DNA from: Patescibacteria group bacterium
Lineage (GTDB): Bacteria > Patescibacteriota > Dojkabacteria > JAKAPS01 > JAJZLI01
Direction: 5' to 3'
Assembly: GCA_023380695.1 (NCBI GenBank)
Contig: JAMCRT010000030.1
Span: forward strand, 3,978 to 67,977
DNA: 64,000 nucleotides
The position numbers and the translations under genes are program-made. Of the stretch, positions 39,822 to 49,101 are shown in pieces (within the stretch, counting starts at the first letter, position 1; each line of letters starts with the position of its first letter). Below the pieces are notes generated by a model. The model saw nothing but the letters and a program-made list of their open reading frames with translations. It made no database searches and had not been told where the DNA came from.

Positions 39822-40537
39822 CCTGATATAACTTCATTTAAAATTGTAGATACATATTTTAATGTAGGTATAACCTTTCCATATTTCATTCTTATTGGCC
39901 CAAATACACCAATATACCCTTGTTCTCCTTTATGTAGCCTAAACCCAGTAAAAACTAGCGCTCCATTTTCAAAACTGTTAAACCCACTTTCTTCTCCAAT
40001 AAGGATTTTTATATCTCCATCAACTTCCACTCCTTTAGAAAAAATGCTTTCCAGTAAAGAGTAATCTTCTATAACAGAAATTATATTTTTCAAAACTGAT
40101 ATTTCCTCAAACTCAGGAAAATCTAATAATTCTGAAATTCCTGCATAAAAAATTGAATCTCCAGAAATTGCAACAGACGTATAATTAAGAGAATTAGATA
40201 AAACCTCAACTGCTTCTTTTAAAAGTTTATCTCTATTAAATCTGTGAGCATATAAATTCCCTTTAATACCCATCTCTTCTTTATATGAGAATTCCTCTTC
40301 TGTTAAAAGGTTATCTATATAATATCTAACACCAACTGTTGTTGGCATTCTTCCTGAAGAAAAATGCTCTTTTTTTAAAAATCCTTGTTTTAAAAGATCT
40401 GCCATTTCATTCCTTATGGTTGCAGGAGACACATTTAATTCATTCTTATCTGCAATAGAAATAGACCCTACAGCATGAGCAGTTTTCATAAACTCTAAAA
40501 TTACTAATTCTAAAATTTTCTCCTGCCTTGGAGTCAT
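39815..40537 (-). CDS. hrcA: Heat-inducible transcription repressor HrcA
   Basis: MTPRQEKILELVILEFMKTAHAVGSISIA... is a winged-helix N-terminus. It is first in the hrcA-grpE-dnaK operon. Confidence 0.85.
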   Translation of the reverse strand: MTPRQEKILELVILEFMKTAHAVGSISIADKNELNVSPATIRNEMADLLKQGFLKKEHFSSGRMPTTVGVRYYIDNLLTEEEFSYKEEMGIKGNLYAHRFNRDKLLKEAVEVLSNSLNYTSVAISGDSIFYAGISELLDFPEFEEISVLKNIISVIEDYSLLESIFSKGVEVDGDIKILIGEESGFNSFENGALVFTGFRLHKGEQGYIGVFGPIRMKYGKVIPTLKYVSTILNEVISGW

Positions 40538-40540
40538 ATT

Positions 40541-40568
40541 GCTAGCAGAATATAAATTAATCTGCTAA
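40541..40568 (-). promoter_or_regulatory. Degenerate CIRCE-like inverted repeat (TTAGCAGAT-N9-TTCTGCTAG) immediately upstream of hrcA
   Basis: It shares TTAGCA...TGCTA(A/G) with the CIRCE consensus TTAGCACTC-N9-GAGTGCTAA. It sits a few nt upstream of the hrcA ATG. Confidence 0.45.
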
Positions 40569-40623
40569 AATAGTATCAGATTTTAGTATGGCTTGTCAAG
40601 AGAATTTGTCATATAATTAGAGA

Positions 40624-41223
40624 ATGAAAAAGTTACTGCCTGAAATTATAATTTTAATTGCAATAATAGTTATTATTACTGCAACAGAACCTTTACTAGT
40701 AAAACATTTCTTTAATTTTAAAGCAAATAAAGGATCTTCCTCTCTTACAGTTATAACAAAAAGTGTAGGAAAGGTTTATTTATCTCAAAAATATTATGGT
40801 CAAACTCCTATAACTATAAAAAATATATCCTCAGGTGTCCATAATCTTAAAATCACTTTCCCAAATTCAAACAATTTTTATTCTACATTTGAACAAAGCA
40901 TTCCCTTTGAGAGAGGAAACACTACTGTTGTAAAATGGTCTGAAGGACCATCATATACTTTCTCTAGTGGAGCAATATATTATTTTAAGAGAAATTTTCA
41001 AAATAACGCTGGATTAGATATTAATATCAACGCAAAATCAGAAATATTTATAAATGGAAAATTTGTAAAGACTTCTAAGTCTCTTAGTGAAGTGCTTCCT
41101 AGTGGTTCATATAACATAACTATGCTATCTCCAGGATTTACAAAAAAAACAATTGAAGTAAATTTGAAAAATGGATATAACATATATACAAATGTAAAAC
41201 TTTTTGAAATACCTATAAAATGA
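40624..41223 (+). CDS. Membrane-anchored PEGA-domain protein
   Basis: N-terminal TM helix. Two PEGA-like beta repeats (...GKVYLSQKYYGQTPITIKNISSGVHNLKITFPNS..., ...INGKFVKTSKSLSEVLPSGSYNITMLSPGF...). Confidence 0.5.
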   Translation: MKKLLPEIIILIAIIVIITATEPLLVKHFFNFKANKGSSSLTVITKSVGKVYLSQKYYGQTPITIKNISSGVHNLKITFPNSNNFYSTFEQSIPFERGNTTVVKWSEGPSYTFSSGAIYYFKRNFQNNAGLDININAKSEIFINGKFVKTSKSLSEVLPSGSYNITMLSPGFTKKTIEVNLKNGYNIYTNVKLFEIPIK

Positions 41224-43292
41224 ATAATACTATACAGTACAGTAAAAATAACCCGTTAACCTTAATTTTTTATGGTGGAAATTTCCTTGGTGTTGGAATT
41301 GCAGAAACCATTTTAAGGGAAGACGGGAATGTTTTGATAATTGATGATTTTTCTAGAAAGAACTCCTATTTTTTTAAAAAAATAAAAGAATTTAAAAATA
41401 AAAATTTCAAAGGAGAAATAAAATCTATAGATTTAAAATTTGCAAAAGACATAGAGCAAAATATTCCTAATGTAGACTTTTGCCTATTTATTGGAAATTT
41501 TAATGTAAAAACTTCTGATGAATATACAATTCTAAGATCATTAGAAAATTTCTTCAATATCACAAAAAAATATAATGCAAAATTCTTGGTTATAGCTAAT
41601 ATAAATGAAGGGGTAGACACAAGATTTTCAGAAATAAAAAAACATATAAAAAGTTCTTCTCTAAAAGAAATAACTGACAACAAGGGAGCTCTTATAGAAA
41701 TTGCAGATGTATATGGTGAAGATATGGACGATTTTATAGTAAACCCAATAAATGAAATTCTTCAAAGTGTTAAAGAGAAAAAAATCATTGATATAGAAAA
41801 TCTTTCTGAATTTCATTACTACCTTTACATTGATGACGCAATAAATGGGATAATTAAGGTGCTATTCTCTCAAAAAGAAGGTGAGTATACTCTTTCAAAT
41901 AAAGAGGATATATCCAATATATCTCTTGCTTTTAGAATATCTGACATATTAAAAATTAATGTAAAAAATTCTCAAATTAAACCAATGCAAAAGGAAGATA
42001 GAATAAAAACTATTTCATCTAATGTTGAAGATTGGGAAACCCAGACATCTTTTGAGGAGGGGCTTAAAAGCACAGTACTTCATAAAATGGCAGGGGAAAT
42101 ATCTAATGTATATAATATCAATAAAGGATTTTCTTTTGAAAATAAAAAGGAAATACCAGAAAAACACATATTTAAAAAAAATAATACGCTAGATATTAAA
42201 AATTTTGACAATATTAAAAATAAGTACTTGAAAAATGAATATATCAATAAAACTATACTTACCCCTGAAAGAAAAAAAGAAATATTGAAAAGGAAAATAA
42301 AGAAAAAAACCTTAAAGTATTCCCTTATCATTATATTATATATTGCAATAATAGCTCCATTTATACTCTCTTTTATAGAATATATACAGTTGAATAGTAA
42401 CTTAAAAAATGAAGTAGTGCAAATAAAAAATATTAATAGCCTGCAAAGCATTAATCCTTTAAATAAAAGAATATCTACAGAAATCAGTACACTCAATGAA
42501 TACATAAATCTTGGATATTTCATATTATCTCCATTATCAAAATATAGCCCAACAAAAAACATTCTTTTGTCATCAGAAAGCTTTAATAATGCTATGTATT
42601 TTACAAATTATAATAAAAACTTACTCAAATCTTTTTATTTTTCTAGCTTTTCAAATTCAAAAAAAACTGTTTTACAAAAAATAAATATGGGGTACCTTAC
42701 ATCTAGCGGAAAAATACAGATAAGTTCTGCAAATTTAGATCTTAATAATAAATCAATCCTTCCCTCTATTAAAAACACAATTGCAAATAATATAAGCTCA
42801 ATAGAAAATATGAACTTGAGAATATTAAATTCCTTAAATATAACATATCAAATGTTTTCAGGAAAAAAATATTATACATTAATATATCTTAATACAAATA
42901 ACACATCTTCAGTTTCAGGAAATATAGAAAAGTATACCCTTGTTGCGCTGTATAATGGAACCATAGACAATATTATCTCCTCTCCAAATGCAGGAGATTT
43001 GAATCAAATACAGAGTAATACAAATATTCCTCAAACCTCTGAAAATATTTCATCTAGAGTAGATAGTGCATTCAAAATTACAAATACAGGAATAATATAT
43101 ATAACTAAAAATGCTCAAACATCTTTTGAAAAAATACTAGGAAAATCACCTACAATAAAAAATTATAGTGCAGCAAATATAAGTGCAAAATCTAAAATAT
43201 TTGATCTTTTATATAATAAGTATTTTGGAAAAGATGTTATAATATATATTACTGACCCAAAATTTCAAAATATAAATACACTAATCTACTAA
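41220..43292 (+). CDS. Hypothetical fusion: N-terminal Rossmann-like NAD(P)-binding (epimerase-like) domain plus a membrane-anchored Asn-rich C-terminal region
   Basis: LIFYGGNFLGVGIAETIL is a GxxGxxG motif. A TM helix lies around residue 360. Confidence 0.35.
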   Translation: MNNTIQYSKNNPLTLIFYGGNFLGVGIAETILREDGNVLIIDDFSRKNSYFFKKIKEFKNKNFKGEIKSIDLKFAKDIEQNIPNVDFCLFIGNFNVKTSDEYTILRSLENFFNITKKYNAKFLVIANINEGVDTRFSEIKKHIKSSSLKEITDNKGALIEIADVYGEDMDDFIVNPINEILQSVKEKKIIDIENLSEFHYYLYIDDAINGIIKVLFSQKEGEYTLSNKEDISNISLAFRISDILKINVKNSQIKPMQKEDRIKTISSNVEDWETQTSFEEGLKSTVLHKMAGEISNVYNINKGFSFENKKEIPEKHIFKKNNTLDIKNFDNIKNKYLKNEYINKTILTPERKKEILKRKIKKKTLKYSLIIILYIAIIAPFILSFIEYIQLNSNLKNEVVQIKNINSLQSINPLNKRISTEISTLNEYINLGYFILSPLSKYSPTKNILLSSESFNNAMYFTNYNKNLLKSFYFSSFSNSKKTVLQKINMGYLTSSGKIQISSANLDLNNKSILPSIKNTIANNISSIENMNLRILNSLNITYQMFSGKKYYTLIYLNTNNTSSVSGNIEKYTLVALYNGTIDNIISSPNAGDLNQIQSNTNIPQTSENISSRVDSAFKITNTGIIYITKNAQTSFEKILGKSPTIKNYSAANISAKSKIFDLLYNKYFGKDVIIYITDPKFQNINTLIY

Positions 43293-43293
43293 T

Positions 43294-43752
43294 ATGAGCT
43301 CTACTAATAAAAATTATATAGATGAAATTTCTTTATTTTCAAAAAATGAATTTAGAGGAAAAGATGTTTTTTCAAAATTTAAAAACTATACAGATGAAAA
43401 CAACAAAGTATTACAATTGAGATCTTTTTACAAGTCTCCTACTATAATATTTTTAGCATTTACAACATTTATTGTATTAATTATAGATTTAATTTTATTT
43501 TTTAAGTATTGTATAAATTTATCATCTAAATTAAATATTCCTATATATAATCACTCTAACGTAGTTTTTACAAATTTTTCTATATTAGAGATATTAATTA
43601 TTTTAATAATCTTGTCTGCCGTCTCTTTTTATCTATCATTTAAAACTTATGTTAATATACTATATGTTTCCTTATTCATATTAACTTTTAATGTCTTTAT
43701 TAATATGATATTTTTAATTACTTTTTATAAATTTTTACAAATAACAATATGA
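43294..43752 (+). CDS. Hypothetical polytopic membrane protein
   Basis: Three or four hydrophobic helices. Confidence 0.3.
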   Translation: MSSTNKNYIDEISLFSKNEFRGKDVFSKFKNYTDENNKVLQLRSFYKSPTIIFLAFTTFIVLIIDLILFFKYCINLSSKLNIPIYNHSNVVFTNFSILEILIILIILSAVSFYLSFKTYVNILYVSLFILTFNVFINMIFLITFYKFLQITI

Positions 43753-44846
43753 TTATATTCTCTCATCTTGGAAAATATCTTGAGCTATTTCCTTTATTTA
43801 TAATATCGTTTATTACTACACTAATTATTACACCTCTCATTGGTATAATATCTAAAAGATTTAAGATTTATGACAACCCTCCTACTCTGAGAAATGATCC
43901 TACCGCAAAAAGAAGAATCCATAATGTAAAAAAATTAAGACTAGGGGGAATAGCTATAATTATTCCTTTTGTTATTTTAACTCTTTTAAATCTTCCTCTT
44001 ACAAAAAACCTTATTATTTTTATAATATGTATATTAATACTTTTAACTGTAGGTATTATTGATGATATATTTGATATACCTGCAAAATACCAATTATTGT
44101 TTCAAATAATAGTAGGCCTTATTACTGTACTTTCTGGTATTGATATAAACTATATATCAAAACCTCTTGGGGGAATATTCTTTTTCAATCAATTTCCAGT
44201 AAATATATTTGGAAATACAGTATATCTCTTATCTGCATTTATTACTTTTATTTGGATACTCTTTATAATTAATGCCATAAAATGGATGGCAGGAACAGAT
44301 GGTCTTGCTGAGGGTAACGTATCTATTGCTGCAATTATCATTGCACTTCTTTCTATAAGATTCTTTACACATGATACAGCTGTAATGGGGTTCATATTTT
44401 CAGGATTAATGCTTGGCTTTCTCTTTTATAATTTTTATCCATCTAAAATATTCTCTGGTTCATCAGGAAAAAGTGTTTACGGATATATAATTGCAATTCT
44501 TGCTATATATTCAGGAGCAAAACTTGCATCAACTATAATTGTTTTATCTATCCCCATAATAGATGCAATATATGTTATCTATAAAAGAATAAGGGAAGAA
44601 AAGCCAAAAAGTATTTCTGCCCTTATCAAAATTAATGACAAAAGACATCTTCATTATAAATTATTAGGGCTTGGATATAATCAAAGGCAGGTAGCATTAA
44701 TTGAATATATTTTTACTATAATAATAGGGATAGTAGCTCTAATTGTGACAGGATTTCATAAAGCTATAATACTCGCAGTCATTCTTCTTATAATAATGCT
44801 ATTTATTTTTACAGTAAATAAAAAAAGTAAAGTTAAAAACATATAA
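43749..44846 (+). CDS. MraY/WecA-family glycosyltransferase 4 (polyprenyl-phosphate N-acetylhexosamine-1-phosphate transferase)
   Basis: About 10 TM helices. VGIIDDIFDIPAKYQLLFQI is the DDxxD motif of the family. Confidence 0.75.
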   Translation: MIIFSHLGKYLELFPLFIISFITTLIITPLIGIISKRFKIYDNPPTLRNDPTAKRRIHNVKKLRLGGIAIIIPFVILTLLNLPLTKNLIIFIICILILLTVGIIDDIFDIPAKYQLLFQIIVGLITVLSGIDINYISKPLGGIFFFNQFPVNIFGNTVYLLSAFITFIWILFIINAIKWMAGTDGLAEGNVSIAAIIIALLSIRFFTHDTAVMGFIFSGLMLGFLFYNFYPSKIFSGSSGKSVYGYIIAILAIYSGAKLASTIIVLSIPIIDAIYVIYKRIREEKPKSISALIKINDKRHLHYKLLGLGYNQRQVALIEYIFTIIIGIVALIVTGFHKAIILAVILLIIMLFIFTVNKKSKVKNI

Positions 44847-44885
44847 CTTTAATGAAAATTTAATATAGTATGATATAATTTAGTA

Positions 44886-45245
44886 ATGATAAAAAACAAA
44901 GAAGAGATAACAGAATATTTATCTTCAATTCCACCTTATTGTGAAAAATGTGGAACAATGTATAACAAAGATAAGGTTGAAGTTATTGATAAAAATCAAA
45001 ATATGACAATTATTTACATAATGTGTGAAAATTGTAAAACAAAAAATGTCTTCTATGTAGTAAAACCTATGAACTTTGTTAGTAGGGCAAATTTAATAGT
45101 AGACCTTGATATGGAAGAAATAAAAAAATTTGCAGGATCAAGAAAAATAGACTCTAATGATATATTAAATGTCTTTGATCTTTTATCCACTAAGAAAGCT
45201 AAAAACTCAAAGGATTTTTTAAAAATTATTAATAGTAATGTTTAA
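44886..45245 (+). CDS. Zinc-ribbon hypothetical protein
   Basis: CEKCG...CENCK pair. Confidence 0.35.
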   Translation: MIKNKEEITEYLSSIPPYCEKCGTMYNKDKVEVIDKNQNMTIIYIMCENCKTKNVFYVVKPMNFVSRANLIVDLDMEEIKKFAGSRKIDSNDILNVFDLLSTKKAKNSKDFLKIINSNV

Positions 45246-45504
45246 AAAAATATCTGTAAATAAAATATCCTTAATACAAAATGAAATAGAAATAAAAAAA
45301 ATATTAAACAGATATTTTTTAAAACACCTTAAAGAAGATTTTGATGAATTTATTATATTTAAAAATTTTAGTAATAACACCTTAAGCCTTATAATTAAAG
45401 AACCAACACTTGCTCAATATATAAATCTTGATAAAAAAAATATATTAAATATTCTTAATAAAAAATTTGAAATTTCTGATATAAAAATTAAAGTTGGAAA
45501 TTAA
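45238..45504 (+). CDS. DUF721 (DciA-like) small protein. Tentative.
   Basis: Its size and C-terminal pattern (...LSLIIKEPTLAQYINLDKKNILNILNKKF...IKIKVG) fit DUF721. It sits next to dnaN. Confidence 0.25.
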   Translation: MFKKISVNKISLIQNEIEIKKILNRYFLKHLKEDFDEFIIFKNFSNNTLSLIIKEPTLAQYINLDKKNILNILNKKFEISDIKIKVGN

Positions 45505-46638
45505 TTATCTCTCATATAATGGCATTATTAAATATGTATAATTACCAAGGTTTTTATCTATAATTTTAGATACTTTTCTAGATTCTGAACTGTTTAATTC
45601 AATTGAAATTTTTTCACCATCGCTGTGGTTTAAAAAATCCATTATATAATTTGCATTAAAATTAACACTTATATCTTTACCTTCAATTTTTGTTTTTATA
45701 GATGAATTTAGATCTCCAACTTCTTTTAATCCAGAATTAAATTCTACTTTATTTTCAATTGAATTAAACAGTTCAGAATCTATAGATATTTCTTTAAATT
45801 TAAAAGGTGTTGAAAGTTTTAAAATATTTTTTAAGTCCTCCCTTTTAATTTCAAATGATGTTGAATAGAATTCTGGAAATATTTTTTTGTAATCTGGATA
45901 TTTTCCTTGTATAATTCTTGATATAAATTTTATATTTTCTATTTCAAAAAGTATTTGATTTCCAGAAATCATATATATATACATAGATACATTATCTTCA
46001 AAATTTTTAGTTTTTATAATATCTGAAATATTATCAAGAGCTTCTTTTGAAATAACTAGATTGTCTATAGAAGATTTTATATCTTCGCTTTCTATTGATA
46101 TACTGGCTAATCTAAAACCATTAATTCCAATAAAGTTTATATTTTTTTCGTCAAATTCCATTAAAACACCTGTTAAAATAGGTCTTGCTTTATCTTTGGA
46201 TGTTGCAAAAGATACTTTATCTATAGCAAAAGATAAAGCATTTGGATTTATTTTTATAAAATAATCTGTATCCTTGTCTCTATCAGGAATATCTGGATAT
46301 TCATCTGTTGGAATTGTATTTAAACTAATTTCATTTTTTTTGTCTTTTATATAAAGAGTGTTGTCTTGTAATAATATATTTATAATACTAGATTTTAAAT
46401 TTGCTATTATTTCGTAGAAATTTTTTAAATTTATTGTGCATTCACCTTTTTCTATAACCTCTATACCTACAATAGTAATTGCACTCTGTTCTAAATTTGT
46501 ACTTTTAATTACTAGTTTTTTCCCATCCACTAAAAGTAGTGCATTATTTAAAATAGGAATAGATGTTCTAACAGGAACTGTTTTTATATTTAAACTTAAA
46601 GCCTCAAGTAAGTTTTCTCTTTTTATTCTAATATTCAT
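45505..46638 (-). CDS. dnaN: DNA polymerase III beta sliding clamp
   Basis: MNIRIKRENLLEALSLNIKTVPVRTSIPILNNALLLV. Three-domain length. Downstream of dnaA. Confidence 0.9.
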   Translation of the reverse strand: MNIRIKRENLLEALSLNIKTVPVRTSIPILNNALLLVDGKKLVIKSTNLEQSAITIVGIEVIEKGECTINLKNFYEIIANLKSSIINILLQDNTLYIKDKKNEISLNTIPTDEYPDIPDRDKDTDYFIKINPNALSFAIDKVSFATSKDKARPILTGVLMEFDEKNINFIGINGFRLASISIESEDIKSSIDNLVISKEALDNISDIIKTKNFEDNVSMYIYMISGNQILFEIENIKFISRIIQGKYPDYKKIFPEFYSTSFEIKREDLKNILKLSTPFKFKEISIDSELFNSIENKVEFNSGLKEVGDLNSSIKTKIEGKDISVNFNANYIMDFLNHSDGEKISIELNSSESRKVSKIIDKNLGNYTYLIMPLYER

Positions 46639-46917
46639 AATATATTATATATGTAAGTATTATTATGTATTGTTTATAACTCAAAAATTTCTATATATTT
46701 ATTATAGTTACACTTCTAATCTATGTGCAATACATGTTCATAATATAAATTTATCAAAAATACTACAAACAATTAATAATTTAAAATTAATACATTAATT
46801 TAACTTTAAATACAATGTGTATAAAATTAAATTTTTGTGTATTTAATTTTATAACAATAATTGTATTAATTAAAATTATACTACTTCAAAGATATTTATA
46901 AACAATTTATAAACACC
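46639..46917. promoter_or_regulatory. AT-rich dnaA-dnaN intergenic region. Candidate DNA-unwinding element and second oriC half.
   Basis: About 88% A+T. Degenerate box TGTGTATAA at 46816-46824. Tandem ATTTATAAACA x2 at 46893-46915. Confidence 0.4.
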
Positions 46918-48252
46918 CTATTGTAAAGAACTTCGTATTTCATAAATTTGATTTTTTAGAGCATAATCATCATTTATCATTTTTTCTATTTTATCTACTG
47001 CATACATTACTGTTGTATGATCTTTTCTTTTTAAAAGACTTGCTACATCTGTATAGGGAAGATTTAAATCTACTCTTAAAAGATACATAGCTACCTGTCT
47101 TGGCATAACCACTTTATTTGTTCTTCTTTCTCCCCTTATTTCTTTTATTGATATACCAAATTTTTCACATATTGTATTTATAACATCTTGGGGTTTTATT
47201 CTTTTTATAGTTTTTTTTATCTGTATTCCTAAAATATCTTGTATTTCACTAAATCCCAGTTTTTTTTGTAAAGAATTTTGTATTGCTTCTATTTTTGTTA
47301 AAATTCCTTCAAGTTCTCTTACATTGGATCCAAAATTCTCAGATATAAAATTTATTATATCTTTATCAAATGTTATGTTTTTTTCTTCACATTTTTTATT
47401 TAAAATTGCAGTTTTTAGTTCTATATCTGGAACTCCAATGTCAGCAACCATTCCACCTTCAAATCTAGATACTAATCTTTCTTCTAAATTTTCTATATCT
47501 CTTGGGTGTCTGTCTGAGGCTAATATTATTTGCTTATTTGCTTGATGAAGAGAATTAAATGTGTGGAAAAACTCTTCTTGAGTTCCTTTTTTACCAGATA
47601 TAAATTGTATATCATCAATTATTAAAACATCTTTATCTCTGTATTTTTTCCTAAATTTATCTGAAGAACCATTCTTAATAGACTCTATTAGTTCTCCTAG
47701 AAATGTCTCTGAAGATAAATAAACTACAGAATAACCCTTATTCTTATCTTCTATGGCATTTCCTATGGCTTGTAGTAAGTGGGTTTTTCCAAGACCAACA
47801 CCTCCAAATATAAAGAGAGGGTTGTATATCATTCCAGGTTTCTCAACTACTGCAATAGAAGCTGCATGTGCAAGTCTGTTTGAGGAACCGACAACAAAAT
47901 TAGAGAATAGGTATTTTTTATTTAGATTTGAGGTTTGTTTTTTATCTGTATTGTCTGTTTCTTTTGTATATTCAAATATTGGAGATATGTCATCATCTTC
48001 TAGTTTTTGTATAATTGAAAAATTGATATCAATGGGTTCTCCTGAGGCATCTTGAAGTGCATTTCTTACAGTATTTAAATAGTTGTTTTGAATATAGTCT
48101 ACTATAAATGAATTCTGACATTCTATATTTGCAACCCCATCTTTAATTTCTTTTAAATTTAATTTTGAAAACCAAACTTTAAAACTCTTTTCAGGAACCT
48201 TCAGTTGTATTTTGTCAGTTGCTATTTTCCAAACAGAGTTGATGTTGTCCAT
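46918..48252 (-). CDS. dnaA: Chromosomal replication initiator DnaA
   Basis: LFIFGGVGLGKTHLLQAIGN is the Walker A motif. The C-terminal HTH block ...DHTTVMYAVDKIE is present. Confidence 0.95.
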   Translation of the reverse strand: MDNINSVWKIATDKIQLKVPEKSFKVWFSKLNLKEIKDGVANIECQNSFIVDYIQNNYLNTVRNALQDASGEPIDINFSIIQKLEDDDISPIFEYTKETDNTDKKQTSNLNKKYLFSNFVVGSSNRLAHAASIAVVEKPGMIYNPLFIFGGVGLGKTHLLQAIGNAIEDKNKGYSVVYLSSETFLGELIESIKNGSSDKFRKKYRDKDVLIIDDIQFISGKKGTQEEFFHTFNSLHQANKQIILASDRHPRDIENLEERLVSRFEGGMVADIGVPDIELKTAILNKKCEEKNITFDKDIINFISENFGSNVRELEGILTKIEAIQNSLQKKLGFSEIQDILGIQIKKTIKRIKPQDVINTICEKFGISIKEIRGERRTNKVVMPRQVAMYLLRVDLNLPYTDVASLLKRKDHTTVMYAVDKIEKMINDDYALKNQIYEIRSSLQ

Positions 48253-48324
48253 AAATGAAGTAAATCAAAATTATTAATATTAAAAATTTTTTGGGACAAT
48301 TTAGTGATTTTTATAATAACAAAT

Positions 48325-48333
48325 TGTGGATAA
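48325..48333. promoter_or_regulatory. Perfect DnaA box (TGTGGATAA = reverse complement of TTATCCACA) in the dnaA upstream region
   Basis: Exact 9-mer in ...aacaaattgtggataactttt..., about 70 bp upstream of the dnaA start. Confidence 0.6.
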
Positions 48334-48456
48334 CTTTTCAATTATTTGATTAAATGTCGTATAATAACAATATATTTTGTATGGCATCTTTATTAAGTGA
48401 ATAAGCACAACCTAGAGTGCAATTATTCAATTAACTGGAGAGATGTCCCCGATTTA

Positions 48457-49101
48457 TTATAAAATGGCATTAACACTATCTGAAGAGTCTTCAAGCTTAG
48501 CTTCATCTATAACTTTATTTAAGTGAGTTTTTGTCATAGTTTTTAATTTTTTTGAAGGTATTTTCTCTACCCAGTTGAACAACCCGTTATAATCAAAATT
48601 TGATGGCAATGTTAACTCAACCAATGAAACATGGCGAGACCCAAGAACCGAGAGCAGATAAATTGTGTCGAATAGTGCTTTTTCCTTTGTTGCTAAACGT
48701 ACTCCATTTGTTTCAATAAATCCTCCATAGAGTTCTTTTGTAATATGATAAATGTGGAAAGTACCTAATGCAGTAGGTATTTTTTGAGCACGATCTAAAG
48801 ATATAACATGGATTTCTTTGGGAATTTGTTCAATCATATCATGCCTTGATAAGGCTGTCCAAAAAGATCCATAGGCACTATATGGAGCGGTAAGATATGG
48901 GGCAACAATAAGTGGATCCCTTATTGTGCTAATTGCCCACAATCCCCTTTTTATTTTTGTAACAACTCCAGAGTCTACTAGGGTTAACATAGTCTGGGAT
49001 GCAGCTGGTAGGGTTTTTTTTAAAACTAAAGCTACCTCAGTAGTTGTGACTATCGGTTTTTTAACTTGCGCTAGACGACCCAACGACATTATAGAATTCA
49101 T
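48457..49101 (-). CDS. AbiEi-like antitoxin/transcriptional regulator (COG5340-type winged-HTH N-terminus)
   Basis: KKPIVTTTEVALVLKKTLPAASQTMLTLVDSGVVTKIKRGLWAI is the AbiEi_4-type N-terminal domain. TAATG overlap with the upstream gene. Confidence 0.65.
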   Translation of the reverse strand: MNSIMSLGRLAQVKKPIVTTTEVALVLKKTLPAASQTMLTLVDSGVVTKIKRGLWAISTIRDPLIVAPYLTAPYSAYGSFWTALSRHDMIEQIPKEIHVISLDRAQKIPTALGTFHIYHITKELYGGFIETNGVRLATKEKALFDTIYLLSVLGSRHVSLVELTLPSNFDYNGLFNWVEKIPSKKLKTMTKTHLNKVIDEAKLEDSSDSVNAIL

